The notes: generated by a model from the sequence alone, not told the origin. Counted from the first letter of the whole stretch, positions 24,365-38,420 are shown. The stretch: DNA of 63,935 nt, filler included, from Octopus bimaculoides (GCF_001194135.2; 6 parts of 6 records of this genome joined end to end with filler, not necessarily neighbours in it); one strand, 5' to 3'. Translations and numbers: made by a program.

Positions 24365-24402
<38 letters not shown>
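24345..24402. repeat. (CTA)n microsatellite
   Basis: Direct observation. Confidence 0.97.
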
Positions 24403-24639
24403 CGCTGCTTCTCCTGATGGTATTACTACTACAGCCGCGTGGAAGCCAAAGCGAGCACTCACACTTGTAAATGTCTAAAATTATTCTGATAAGAATTGTG
24501 CAGTCTGTAATTTATCTCTCATGGAATCACACACACACACACACACACACATACAAAAATACACACAAGCATTCAAACTTGTACATACATTCATATATAT
24601 ATATACATATATATATATACACACACACATATATTCTTT

Positions 24640-24995
24640 TATTTGCTTCAGTCGTTTGAGTGCGGCCATGCTGGAGCACCGCCTTTAGTTAAACAAATCG
24701 ACCCGAAGATTTATTCTTTGTAAGCCGAGTACTTATTCTATCGGTATTTTTGGCTGAACCACTAAGATATGGAGACATAAACACACCAACATCGGTTGTC
24801 AAACGACGGTGGGGGACAGACACAGACGCACACACACATATACAACAGGCTTCTTTCAGTTTCCGTCTACCAAATCCACTCAAAAGGATTTGGTCGGCCC
24901 CAGGCTATAGTAGAAGACAAGTGCCCAAGGTGCCACGCAGTGGGACTGAACCCAGAAACCGTGTGGTTGGGAAGCAAGCTTCTTACCACTCAGCC
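24640..24995 (-). mobile_element. Near-complete family A SINE
   Basis: Reverse-complement match to the 23120 copy. Confidence 0.92.
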
Positions 24996-25204
24996 ACGCT
25001 TTCATTCATACATTTTTATATAAATATATATTAGGAATATATATGACTATATATATACGCGCGCACGCACGCGCACACACACACGCACACACACACACAC
25101 ACACACACGCGCACACACACACACACGTTAATTAGAGTATGCTAAAAGATTCTGTAATTAGTAAAAGTTTTTCATGAGAAAAATGCTTTCCTGGACCTCT
25201 CACG

Positions 25205-25390
25205 GTTGGGGAACAAACACAGACACAAACATATACGACGGGATTCTTTCAATTACCGTCTACCAAATCTACTCACAAGGCTTTGGTCGGTTCGAGGCTA
25301 TAGTAGAAGACATTCTCAAAGTGCCACGCAGTGGGACTGAACCCAGAAACTGTGTGGTTGGTAAGCAAGCTTCTTACCACACAGTCATGC
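25205..25390 (-). mobile_element. Family A SINE head and core within a local duplication
   Basis: Close match to 24810-24995, including the downstream flank. Confidence 0.85.
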
Positions 25391-26373
25391 CTTCATTCGT
25401 ATATTTTTACATAAATATATACACATATATGAGGAATATANNNNNNNNNNNNNNNNNNNNNNNNNNNNNNNNNNNNNNNNNNNNNNNNNNNNNNNNNNNN
25501 NNNNNNNNNNNNNNNNNNNNNNNNNNNNNNNNNNNNNNNNNNNNNNNNNNNNNNNNNNNNNNNNNNNNNNNNNNNNNNNNNNNNNNNNNNNNNNNNNNNN
25601 NNNNNNNNNNNNNNNNNNNNNNNNNNNNNNNNNNNNNNNNNNNNNNNNNNNNNNNNNNNNNNNNNNNNNNNNNNNNNNNNNNNNNNNNNNNNNNNNNNNN
25701 NNNNNNNNNNNNNNNNNNNNNNNNNNNNNNNNNNNNNNNNNNNNNNNNNNNNNNNNNNNNNNNNNNNNNNNNNNNNNNNNNNNNNNNNNNNNNNNNNNNN
25801 NNNNNNNNNNNNNNNNNNNNNNNNNNNNNNNNNNNNNNNNNNNNNNNNNNNNNNNNNNNNNNNNNNNNNNNNNNNNNNNNNNNNNNNNNNNNNNNNNNNN
25901 NNNNNNNNNNNNNNNNNNNNNNNNNNNNNNNNNNNNNNNNNNNNNNNNNNNNNNNNNNNNNNNNNNNNNNNNNNNNNNNNNNNNNNNNNNNNNNNNNNNN
26001 NNNNNNNNNNNNNNNNNNNNNNNNNNNNNNNNNNNNNNNNNNNNNNNNNNNNNNNNNNNNNNNNNNNNNNNNNNNNNNNNNNNNNNNNNNNNNNNNNNNN
26101 NNNNNNNNNNNNNNNNNNNNNNNNNNNNNNNNNNNNNNNNNNNNNNNNNNNNNNNNNNNNNNNNNNNNNNNNNNNNNNNNNNNNNNNNNNNNNNNNNNNN
26201 NNNNNNNNNNNNNNNNNNNNNNNNNNNNNNNNNNNNNNNNNNNNNNNNNNNNNNNNNNNNNNNNNNNNNNNNNNNNNNNNNNNNNNNNNNNNNNNNNNNN
26301 NNNNNNNNNNNNNNNNNNNNNNNNNNNNNNNNNNNNNNNNNNNNNNNNNNNNNNNNNNNNNNNNNNNNNNNNN

Positions 26374-26452
<79 letters not shown>

Positions 26453-26589
26453 AATTAGGGTATGATAAAAGATTCAGTAATTAGTAAAAGATCTTCATGA
26501 GAAAAATGCTTTCCTGTACCTCTCACACACGTGCGCGCACGCACATACACATAATATCTTTAATGATTTACTTTCTTTGAGTCATTAGA

Positions 26590-26940
26590 ATGGGGCCATG
26601 CTGGGGCACTGCCTTGGGTGCTTGAATCGAAGAAATCGACCCCAGTACTTTTTTATTTATTTTATTGATACTCTTTTCTCCGAACCGCAATGTTACGGAG
26701 TCGTGAACAAACTAACTCCGGTTAGTTGGAAACAAACACAAGCGTACAGACACATACATAGACGTATACATAATTATATATATACAACGGGCTTCTTCCA
26801 GTTTCTGTCTACCAAATCTACTCACAAGGCTTTGTTCGATCCAAAACTATAGTAGAAAACACCTGGCCAAGGTATCATACAGTGAGATAGAGCCTGGAAC
26901 CATGTGGTTTGGAAGCAAACTTGTTACCACACAGCCTATA
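26590..26940 (-). mobile_element. Family A SINE (older copy)
   Basis: Tail, core and head motifs all present but diverged. Confidence 0.85.
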
Positions 26941-27099
26941 TATATACATGCGCACACACGCACGCATACACACACACACACACACACATGCATGTATGCG
27001 TGTATATATATAAATATATATTTGTATGTATGTATGTGTGTGTGTGTGTATATATATATTATTTAATGTACGTTGTATTAAAATGAGAGGTACTAATAG

Positions 27100-27770
27100 T
27101 TTCTTACCATTAAGACACTTGGTTAGACAGGTTTTTATAATCTGCCTTGTGTCTCCAAGCCATCTTCAGGTTCTGAGTAGATGGTTTGTTCTATTGGAAA
27201 ATCAAGACTCTGATACATGAGAAACCACGAGAAAAAACAAGAAAGTTGATTCAAAAAGTGGAATGAGAAGACAAAGGGTGAATAAAAACGGTAAAAGAAA
27301 GACCGTAGAAGTCATAATTCAGCTAGTTGTAGAATAATTCAGCTAGAAGGGCCTAAAGTCTGCGAGACAACTGCTCAATTCAAAGAGGGTGTCCTTCAGT
27401 TCGCCAAAAGAAAATTGTCGATATGCTTGCATTTTCTAAAAATTTCGGATCTTGAATTAAGTGTGGCTGAATTCTTGGCAAAATGTGAGATCTTTCCGCT
27501 AGGCATAAGTTGCATTTCTTAGATCCATTTACATATTTATCTCTCACTGGATGATGTACTTTTGTTGATGATCTTACCTTACCGGAAAAGTAAACTATAT
27601 GCGGTCACCCCTCTCGTAACGGGATTTTGCGTCTACGGAAATTGTAAATATGACCATTGATTTCGGGATAGGGCCTGTAATTTCGCTCTAACGGAAACTC
27701 GAATTGTGTAGTTAATTTCAAACTACACTTTCTCCTTAGCTCATTGGCCACTTGCGTTTTAGTTAAGATC
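27100..27770 (-). mobile_element. Penelope-like element 3' end
   Basis: KKCNLCLAERSHIL...LNSRSEIL..CKH..NFLLAN* endonuclease C-terminus, then a UTR with a degenerate ctgaagatggc motif. Confidence 0.8.
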
Positions 27771-27809
27771 AAAATATATAGTTAACAATTTGAAAAACTA
27801 TCATCTCGT

Positions 27810-27917
27810 TACACACATACATACATACATGCATGTATAAATTATATGTTATATATAGATATATATACATATATACATGCATACATACATACATACATAC
27901 ATACATACATACATACA

Positions 27918-27945
<28 letters not shown>
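27810..27945. repeat. (ACAT)n microsatellite
   Basis: Direct observation. Confidence 0.95.
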
Positions 27946-27948
<3 letters not shown>

Positions 27949-27959
27949 TATAATTGCTA

Positions 27960-29385
27960 ATAAGCTACCCATATTATTTGTAGTTTTCACTTTTACCGCT
28001 TTTGAAATCAGCGTATGAGTTCAACAGTTTTCTTATAAGCCGCCATGGTGAGTTAAGTTTAACCCTTGGCGCGGTAAGAGCCACCGAAGAAAATTAAGAT
28101 GCTCTGCATCAAAATTCGGAATCACAAATTCCAAATATTCAAATGTGCTCTACCCGCCGAACGCTTTATTGCAGAATGAAACCCCTCCGCAGCATTATTT
28201 GTTCTGAGGAGATCTTGAAGAATACGCTGATTAACATTCCATACAGCTATCGGGAATGTAGATGGTTTTCACTTTCGTCTAGCACCACGTCCTCTCACAA
28301 CGCTTATGTAAGTCAAGTCGAAGTAAGTAGGTATTTCTTCATCGTCTATTAATTCTTCATAGGCCTCTTCGACATCTTCAATGGGTAGGAAGGCTAATGC
28401 TGAAGCACATCGAATTTTAAGACAGAATTCAGAGTCTTTATTGTATTTTTCTTTGAGGCCTAAATCCGTAATCTTTCGAAATACTGATTGGCTCAAATGA
28501 AACAAACATGCCTCGATAGATGAATTAGGGAAGGATAAATTAAATGTCTTCTGAACTGCAACTTCGAAATCTGCCATGAGATCAAGCGGATATGGATTAG
28601 GTTGCATAATTTTCAATTACTTGAAAAATAATTCGTATATCTGCTTCGTTTTGTTCGGCAGTAATGCAAAAACTCATGGAAAACTGCTACCTTTAACTTG
28701 TACATGAATGCTAAACAGTTGAAACCACTATTCTGACACAATTTTGAACGTTCCATCACCTGCCCAACGACGATATGATGCTATATCCTGAAGAACACTT
28801 TCTGATACAAATACTAATATGCGCTGTTGATCCTCGACACTCGAATCGTATCTCAGAAACTGTTCGCCATTATCAAGTTTACAATACTCTTCAGATATTT
28901 CAAAACCAGTTCTAGTCCCTGGATTAGCGAGAAATCCAGATGTCCAGTATTCTTTTCCTTGTTTTGTATTGTTTCAATCAAAACTGTAGATGTAATTACT
29001 TTCATCAACTACTTTTCTTTTGTTTTTGGTCGATACTATGAACTTTGTCATTTCGGGATGGGTAAATTAAAAACGTGAACACTAAATTTGCAGCACTCTC
29101 TATACACAGCACCATACTGAAGAGAGAGAAAGAAAAAGAGAAAGTAAAACTGTTATCAGAGAAGGAAAAAGAACGATAATAATAATCCTATAACGAGGCT
29201 GGTTATAGTTCTATGAACATATCGTTAAAGATATTTCACCTTGTTTTCTAAAGAGTTTATTTAAAATTGGACAAAAAGTCGTTGGACAAAAAAAAAATCA
29301 TCGAACAAAAGGACGTCGGACCAAAAGACGTGAACGAAAAGACGTTTGACGAAGTGACGTCGGACAAAAAGACAAAGCACCATAT
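27960..29385 (-). mobile_element. MULE/Mutator DNA transposon remnant
   Basis: FQLFSIHVQVKG...VFALLPNKTK, LMADFEVAV...IEACLFHLSQ, RTNNAAEGFH. Tandem subterminal repeats at 29267-29380. Confidence 0.92.
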
Positions 29386-30159
29386 ATGTATATATGTATA
29401 TATGTGTATANNNNNNNNNNNNNNNNNNNNNNNNNNNNNNNNNNNNNNNNNNNNNNNNNNNNNNNNNNNNNNNNNNNNNNNNNNNNNNNNNNNNNNNNNN
29501 NNNNNNNNNNNNNNNNNNNNNNNNNNNNNNNNNNNNNNNNNNNNNNNNNNNNNNNNNNNNNNNNNNNNNNNNNNNNNNNNNNNNNNNNNNNNNNNNNNNN
29601 NNNNNNNNNNNNNNNNNNNNNNNNNNNNNNNNNNNNNNNNNNNNNNNNNNNNNNNNNNNNNNNNNNNNNNNNNNNNNNNNNNNNNNNNNNNNNNNNNNNN
29701 NNNNNNNNNNNNNNNNNNNNNNNNNNNNNNNNNNNNNNNNNNNNNNNNNNNNNNNNNNNNNNNNNNNNNNNNNNNNNNNNNNNNNNNNNNNNNNNNNNNN
29801 NNNNNNNNNNNNNNNNNNNNNNNNNNNNNNNNNNNNNNNNNNNNNNNNNNNNNNNNNNNNNNNNNNNNNNNNNNNNNNNNNNNNNNNNNNNNNNNNNNNN
29901 NNNNNNNNNNNNNNNNNNNNNNNNNNNNNNNNNNNNNNNNNNNNNNNNNNNNNNNNNNNNNNNNNNNNNNNNNNNNNNNNNNNNNNNNNNNNNNNNNNNN
30001 NNNNNNNNNNNNNNNNNNNNNNNNNNNNNNNNNNNNNNNNNNNNNNNNNNNNNNNNNNNNNNNNNNNNNNNNNNNNNNNNNNNNNNNCAATTCCAAAGAA
30101 TTCTTTTCATTTCAATAGAATTCCTGAAACTTGACCCCTTGAACCCTATTCCTGTCCCC

Positions 30160-30430
30160 TGTTGTTGTTGTTGTTGTTGTTGGCACTCCGTCGCTTACGA
30201 CGTCGAGGGTTCCGGTTGATCCGATCAACGGAACAGCCTGCTCGTGAAATTAACGTGCAAGTGGCTGAGCACTCCACAGACACCTGTACCCTTAACGTAG
30301 TTCTCGGGGATATTCAGCGTGACACAGTGTGACAAGGCTGACCCTTTGAAATACAGGCACAACAGAAACAGGAAGTAAGAGTGAGAGAAATTGTGGTGAA
30401 AGAGTACAGCAGGGTTTGCCACCATCCCCT
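30160..30430 (-). mobile_element. SINE 3' half with (AAC)n tail
   Basis: Structured body ending in cgacggagtgcc(aac)n on the minus strand. Family name not assigned. Confidence 0.75.
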
Positions 30431-30699
30431 TTGTTCTGTATGGATGCTTAACCCCTTTCCAACCAGATGCGTATAAAGTCACAAATAACAGAGGAATAGT
30501 TTGATGAAATTTATTGTTAAATAAAAATTTCATCAAACAATTTCTCTACACTTTGTAACTTTATATATACCTTATCGTTTTCTCTTGTATTGTGCTATAT
30601 ATTCTATGTTTTGCTGAATGATACATTAAGGAGATTTTTTTCTATGAGTACTACTGGATTACTTGAATCCATATATTGTGACTTAATCCACATATTGTG

Positions 30700-32700
30700 A
30701 CACATATGTATATACATACACACACGCAAACGTACAAGAGGACAGCCCCTCAAGCTTATGATAGCATTAACTTTAAGGCCAAGGATATAGCGGTTAAACT
30801 AGATATAGAGGTTAGGGTAGAGACACTTGCGATGAAAGGAGCCTTTATTACGGTCAAGGGCCATAAATCAAACTTTGACTAAGTGCAGGCTGAAGAGACC
30901 CTGTAAAGTCTGAGATCGGAAGGTGAGCAAACAGCTCATCTGGAAGATCAATAACGGCGTTAGAAGTGCATCTGGCCTCGTCCTATGGCGTAACACCAGT
31001 GAGGTCATAACATGGTTTAAAACCAATAGCAGAAGGGGTAGAGCTAGGTTTATCCAATTCGATATAGTGGACTCTTACCCATCTATATCGAGGGAGATCC
31101 TTTTTAAGGCACAGGACTTCGCTAGGTCCTACACTGAAGTTAGTGACGAGAGCATAGGCATTACCATGCAAGCCAGGACCCTACTCTTCAGCAAGAAGTC
31201 GGCCCGGGCCAAACGAACTGACCCAGAAGGCTCCTTCGACGTGACATGTGTGACCTCGTTGGTTTCTTCGTCCTAGATTTACTCAAAAAGAAGTTCCCTT
31301 CCACCAGCTTTGGCTTCTTCAGGGAGGATGCGCTGGCAATATCAAGAGGGGCAAATGGTCACACGCTACATAAGCTTAAAAAGGACCTCACCAGCACCAT
31401 GAATTCTCTTGGATTGAAGCATCACGATAGAAACCAACATGAAAACGGTGGATTTCCTTGAGTGCGGTGCCTATAGATCCTTTAGGAAGCCAAATGAAAA
31501 GCTATCATTATTAACGCAGGTTCCTGTCATTCAGACACAGTTTTCAAGAACCTAGTAAAAAGTGTCAGCAGAAGATTTTCCAAGCTATCTTCAAGCAAAG
31601 AGATTTTTTAGGCTGCCACCCCGTACAATAATGAGGCTGCGGCCATCAGCGGTTTCAAGGATAGAATTAGTTACTTAACAAACCCTAACCTCAACCCCAA
31701 GAGAATGCGTCACCGGAAAGTGTTGTGGTTTGCACAGCCCTTCTCTCTAAGTGTTAAAACCCGAATAAGTAAGGTTTTCTTTAGCTTAGTAGACAAGCAA
31801 AATATTTAATAGGCACACTCTGAGAATTTCCTTTAGCTGTGCACCCAATGTAAAAATGATTTTAGCAGGTAGGTTCACAACTGAGGCAGAGCCGGGATGT
31901 TCACATAAGGGTAACACATGCTCACTGAACGGCCACTGTAATACAAAGACTGTCGTATACGAGGCAGAGTTAACAGCAAAAGGACCAAATGGACAATCAA
32001 ACGTGTGAAAATATATAGGAGCAACTGAGGGCTCCTTCAGACACCGCTATAACAACCACAAGTCCTCTTTCAGCATCCCGGAGAGATGTAACGCCACAAC
32101 CCTGGTCAAGCACGTATGGTCGTTGAAAGAAAACGCCACCGAGTTCAGCACAAAGTGAAGGATTCTAAAGAAATGTAAAGCGTATTTCAGTAGCAGCTTA
32201 TGCCTGGCTGAGAAAAGAGCGATTCTAACGAGCTCCCAGCACCCAGGCATCTATCTGAACAGCAGAAGGGAAATTTCTATTCCTTGTGCACATTGAAAGG
32301 AAGTAGATCTTATCATACTTGCGTGCCCCATTATGACAATAATCACNNNNNNNNNNNNNNNNNNNNNNNNNNNNNNNNNNNNNNNNNNNNNNNNNNNNNN
32401 NNNNNNNNNNNNNNNNNNNNNNNNNNNNNNNNNNNNNNNNNNNNNNNNNNNNNNNNNNNNNNNNNNNNNNNNNNNNNNNNNNNNNNNNNNNNNNNNNNNN
32501 NNNNNNNNNNNNNNNNNNNNNNNNNNNNNNNNNNNNNNNNNNNNNNNNNNNNNNNNNNNNNNNNNNNNNNNNNNNNNNNNNNNNNNNNNNNNNNNNNNNN
32601 NNNNNNNNNNNNNNNATATAAGCCCCCACACAAACTGTACCCCTACATACCGCATACATACATAAATACCCCAAGAGCTTAACCAAAACATTAAAGAGAG
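30700..32700 (+). mobile_element. Penelope-like element RT, GIY-YIG and 3' UTR (spans a gap)
   Basis: AFITVKGHK, FIQFDIVDSYPSIS, FFREDAL (decayed YRDD), YIGATEGSF..RYNNHKSSF, LCLAEK. 32625-32660 matches the minus strand of 44680-44710. Confidence 0.93.
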
Positions 32701-32709
32701 ATAACACAC

Positions 32710-33240
32710 TGACTGCATGTGGTATGGGTTATTTCCCTTGGGTTGTGGTATGGGTTATTTCCCTTGGATTGTTTAAATAAAGTATTAGTAATACATAGTA
32801 GATAGAAGGATCCATTGGAGGGGTCCTATTATCGATATTTTTCAACAATCTAAGTATGTCACAAGGTTCCCAGAAATGAGTTCTACTCACGTGTCAAATA
32901 AAGTATAAAAGTGATATTGTCTACAAAAATTAAAAATTGGACACACAAAAATCAATATTCAAGGTAATCGAACATAAACAATGAAATGGGTCATTTACCT
33001 GGAGTGTTTAAAATAATATTGTGCAAGTGCTATGGGTTATTTCCCTTGAGTGTTAAAAAAATAGTTACATGAGGTAGATATAAGGGTCCCTTCCAAGGGC
33101 CGTATTATCGAATTTTTCAACAATCTGAGTATGTCACGAGGTTTCCAGACATGCGTTCTACTCACGTGTCAAGTTTCATCAAAATCAATAAAACGATGTA
33201 GGAGGAGTTAGCTAACAACAACGCAACAAACAAACACACA
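32710..33240 (+). mobile_element. Helentron-associated non-autonomous (DINE-1/HINE-like) element with internal tandem units
   Basis: Repeated tatgggttatttccctt...tattatcga...gtatgtcac...ctactcacgtgtcaa unit, then aagtttcatcaaaatc...ggaggagttag...(caaa)n. Confidence 0.6.
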
Positions 33241-33264
33241 CCGATTTTCCATATATGTAGTATA

Positions 33265-33296
<32 letters not shown>

Positions 33297-36200
33297 NNNN
33301 NNNNNNNNNNNNNNNNNNNNNNNNNNNNNNNNNNNNNNNNTTAATTAATTAANNNNNNNNNNNNNNNNNNNNNNNNNNNNNNNNNNNNNNNNNNNNACAC
33401 ACACACACACACACACACACATACACACACACACATACACACACACGCACAAACACACACACACCACGCACGCACGCGCACACACACACATACATATATA
33501 TAAATATATATATATATAGAATTGCAGACAAATTATTTGAAGAGAGATAAGATCGAATTTTAAATTACCTTATTGTTAATAACAAAGTAATATAGCTTGT
33601 CTTTCGATATGCAGACATAATTTATAGCACAAACACTTCCGATAGTCTATTAGCATCAATTTTACGCTTTTTTTTTTTTCGAAGAACAAATCTAATGATA
33701 AATTTGATTATGAATCAATATTCATAGTCAGTAAGTCTATGATTTCTTAATTGCGTTATATTACAAATATAGAATTTAATAAAAGAAGTCAGATGTCAAA
33801 TTAATGATGTGAATCTGATTTTTCGACTTATTCACATGTCCAAATAAGCTCACCTATAATTTCAAATTGAAAATCAGAATCTAGCACATATTATATTAAC
33901 CAAAACTCCCTCATACCTATCCTAATAAAAGACAGAGCCCGGTAGCAGTGGACACAATTTATACCATTCCTCTATTATTCCAATTAAAAAGAATATTTAG
34001 TCGATATCGCAGAAGTGAGGCCAAGAAATTTGAGATGCCTGGCACTCGCTCTTTTCTCTTTTCCTGTCCCTCCGTCTAGGCTAAGAATTAATACTTTTCT
34101 AGATATTTCACAGTAGAGAAATGTATAGCAATATAGAGTACATGCATATATGAACAATGAATAGCAGGCAAATTCCAGTACCACATTATTTGAGAAATTG
34201 ATGGTATTTATATTTTTAAAATGGTTCTTAATGGACGCGGAGTGAGATAAAATCAGCGATCATAGCGTGCAATAGCGGAAGCTTCAGTGCGCGTTTTTAC
34301 ATTTTTCCTAAAAGTTTATATGAATATATATGTGTGTATGTGTATGTATATATTAACATATGCATATATTAATAAAGAGATATATTGTCACACGTACACA
34401 GACACACATGTATATAAGAAGTCACATAAACGCACACAGGAGCACACACATATAGATTTAAAATCAACACACAAATATTCGCGCACAGAAAGAGAGAGAG
34501 AGAGAGAGAGAAATAAAGAAATAGAGAGAAAGAAAAAAAAAAGAAAAAGTGTATGATCAACGTGTTCTTAATTGTATGTGTTGTTTAGTGCACACACGTA
34601 CACAGACAAACGCGCATACAAACGCACTCACGCGGAAACGCGCGCGCACACACACATATATTTACATATATATATATATATATATANNNNNNNNNNNNNN
34701 NNNNNNNNNNNNNNNNNNNNNNNNNNNNNNNNNNNNNNNNNNNNNNNNNNNNNNNNNNNNNNNNNNNNNNNNNNNNNNNNNNNNNNNNNNNNNNNNNNNN
34801 NNNNNNNNNNNNNNNNNNNNNNNNNNNNNNNNNNNNNNNNNNNNNNNNNNNNNNNNNNNNNNNNNNNNNNNNNNNNNNNNNNNNNNNNNNNNNNNNNNNN
34901 NNNNNNNNNNNNNNNNNNNNNNNNNNNNNNNNNNNNNNNNNNNNNNNNNNNNNNNNNNNNNNNNNNNNNNNNNNNNNNNNNNNNNNNNNNNNNNNNNNNN
35001 NNNNNNNNNNNNNNNNNNNNNNNNNNNNNNNNNNNNNNNNNNNNNNNNNNNNNNNNNNNNNNNNNNNNNNNNNNNNNNNNNNNNNNNNNNNNNNNNNNNN
35101 NNNNNNNNNNNNNNNNNNNNNNNNNNNNNNNNNTATATATATATATATATATATTTATGAATGTATAAACATATATGTATATATGTCTGCATATGGTCAC
35201 TTCAAATGCAACAATCATGGGATTTTTAAAGACCTTATTTATAGCCACTTTTTCTTCGTTCTGTGATTTTTTCCGAATTTGTTATGGCTCTCCACAAATG
35301 TGTCAAATGTGTCAAATGTGTCAAATGTGTCAAATTCAAAACCCCTCCGATACGCAATTTGCGTTTTCCTTTAAAATTTCATAAAATTTGCTCATTTACT
35401 CTGCGTGCATATCTATTCTGGAACATGAAACAGTCATACATATTGAATTTTTCAAACACTAATTTTTTGTTGGATTGATATTTCCGATGTATATATGTAC
35501 TGTATGAATTTCCTATCAAGTAATGATCCCTGAGTATGAACTTGTATGTCAGATATATATAAATTAAAATGTATAGGCATAAGACTTGTTATGTCTTCTT
35601 AACGATCGCTCTGACAAATAGTTTGTAACAAAATTAACAGCGCTCTTTGCAATATTAAAATTATTTACTAGCACAGATGCAAATCATTTCAAATTTAGGA
35701 ATGTACGGCTAATTATTCATTAGAAAAAGGACTTAAAATTAATTGGCATCATGGTGCTGCACGTTAATTACTTTCAGTACTGACAGCACTAATTAATACA
35801 TATATTTCTCGAATTGTGTCTTTTTGAGGCGCATGTTAGAAGAACAATTAATTTATATAATGGTTAATGTTTAATTTTCACTGAATAATAAATCAAGCAG
35901 TTGCACACATCTCATCTAGGTAGCTCTTAGAAATGAATTGGGGGATTTGCAGCAGTGACTCACATATTTGCTCATAAAATTATGACAATTTAGAAGTATA
36001 TTTTATGTGAGGATATAAACTACGACAATCTCATTTTCATGAACATCACTAAAGAGAAAAATTTATTAAGGATTGGATCGACGAGATATTTCATAGCAGT
36101 CAAATTGCGTTAAAAACGATATAAATTAGTTTGGTGTCATCTTGTAACTTCTGTAAATGTAATTAAACATTAGATCGGTTGTAAGTTTTATGCGATCCAA

Positions 36201-37639
36201 AATTGTAGCAGAATTTGAACGTTCACAATATCGGATAAATAGTAACATGTTTTAGTACCAAACCATATCATAAGTGCACACGCAGAGAAAGTAATACACA
36301 CACTCGCAGTAGTATACGAATACACAAACACACACACACACACGCACACACACACACACTCACACGTACACATACACACACTCACACACACAGACAGACA
36401 TACATACACACACACACACTCACACACACGTACACAAACACACGCACACACACACACATGAATGCATGTTTCAAAGTGTCTGTATGTTCGAGTTTAGTGT
36501 CTGACGGATAGTGTTTATATGTGTTTGAATATACGTACTGATGAATTTTGTAAACGTTTGGTTCACATATATAGAAGCATAACTACGTATACCTGATATT
36601 AAAATTCTTGAATAGGCAACTGATTATGGTCTCATTTCCTTTAGAAGCATGTTCCCTGTGATACGGAGGGAAATCAAAGAAATCACTACGAGAAGCAATG
36701 AATTGCATTGATATGTCAAACATCAAAAATCAACAACCTCCTCCTCCTCATCATCATCATCATCGCTAACCTCAGCATCGTCTTGATGAAAGTCGTCACA
36801 GATGTAACAAGCAGGACAAACAACGACTACAGAGAAGAGAAACAAACAAAAAAGAGCAAAAAATCACAAGGAAAGAAAATCAGCATTTATAGATGAAGGT
36901 AGTACTCACTAGAAAATCGTATTGTAACATTAAAGTGGCGTATTTTTGAAATTTGTAAAAGGAATCCTGTTGAATTAGGATAATCACGAGATAAACATCA
37001 CAATAAATCTCCTCGAATAAAAAAAAAATAACAGAATAAAAAAGTCAAGAATTATTGTCATCAGAAAATTGAACATTTTTGAGGGACTTTCTGCCACAAT
37101 TTAGCGGTTCTGCTAGTATTTATACTTATATAAATGCTAATAAAACTACTACGCAACCACAAATACTGAAATAAGAAAATAGCATTGACGCTGTTGAAAA
37201 CGCCTGTCATTAATGTAAGTTCAATGAAGCGAGTGACATCATGAACGGTATGAGAAAAAAAGGGAATCATAGGAGAAACATTCTCATATATTTGAAACAT
37301 GAAATATAAGAAAAATTGTTTTCGTGAAAATAGCGGGAAAACAAACACCACTTCTTTGATGTGCAAAAACGAAAAAAAAGAAATAACTCAATTGATAACT
37401 AATAATAACTGCTATGTAACTTTCTGAAGATTGGTCAGTATATGTAATCTTTAATATGTGTTTAGTATTGATTCAACTATCATATACCTAACAACATTGA
37501 GAAACAGCTATGAACATATGGAATTAAAATCTCCTCTCTCACAACGCTGCCGTTATCTGGTCTCTGTCTGTCTATCTGTCTGTCTTTGTATTTTCACTGT
37601 CTCTCTCTCTCTATCTAGCTATATATCTCTATCGGTCTC

Positions 37640-37975
37640 CCTCGGGGGTAGATGTGTGATAAGAAGCCTCGTACCAAACCACACGGTTCGAGTTCAATTT
37701 ATCTCACGGCAACTTGGCGAAGTGCCATCTACTATAGCATCAGCCAACCATAGGCGTATATGTAAAATTCGTAGACGGAAACTGGAAGAAGTCCGACGAA
37801 GATATATGTGTATGAGCGTGTGTTTGTGCGCTTATGTGTGCGTGTGTGTGTTTCTATGTGTGTAAACGCATGTGTGTACTTTTCTGTCTGTGTTTGTTCT
37901 GCAGGTCCGCTTGCCAACGGTATTGATGTGTTGACTTTCCCATTATTTGACGGTTAGGCAAACGAGACCAGTAGA
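37640..37975 (+). mobile_element. Family A SINE, old
   Basis: Diverged head, core and tail. Confidence 0.75.
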
Positions 37976-38075
37976 NNNNNNNNNNNNNNNNNNNNNNNNN
38001 NNNNNNNNNNNNNNNNNNNTTAATTAATTAANNNNNNNNNNNNNNNNNNNNNNNNNNNNNNNNNNNNNNNNNNNN

Positions 38076-38420
38076 TGGAGCACCACCTTTAGTCGAGCAA
38101 ATCGACCCCAGGACTTATTCTTTGGAAGCCTAGTACTTATTCTATCGGTCTCTTTTGCCGAACCGTTAAGTTACGGGGACGTAAACACACCAGCATCGGT
38201 TGTCAAGCGATGTTGGGGGGGACAAACACAGACACACAAACACATACATATATATATATACATACATACGACGGGCTTCTTTCAGTTTCCATCTACCAAA
38301 TCCACTCACAAGGCTTTGGTCGGCGTGAGGCTATAGTAGAAGACACTTGCCCAAGGTGCCACACAGTAGGAATGAACCCGGAACCACGTGGATGGTAAGC
38401 AAGCTACTTGCCACACAGCC
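38076..38420 (-). mobile_element. Near-complete family A SINE
   Basis: Close reverse-complement match to the 23120 copy. Confidence 0.92.

Noticed and set aside
35297-35335. (gtgtcaaat)x4 array and other short tandem duplications (16537-16600, 20761-20817, 50290-50345)
   Set aside because: Ordinary slippage duplications. No spacers, so not CRISPR-like.
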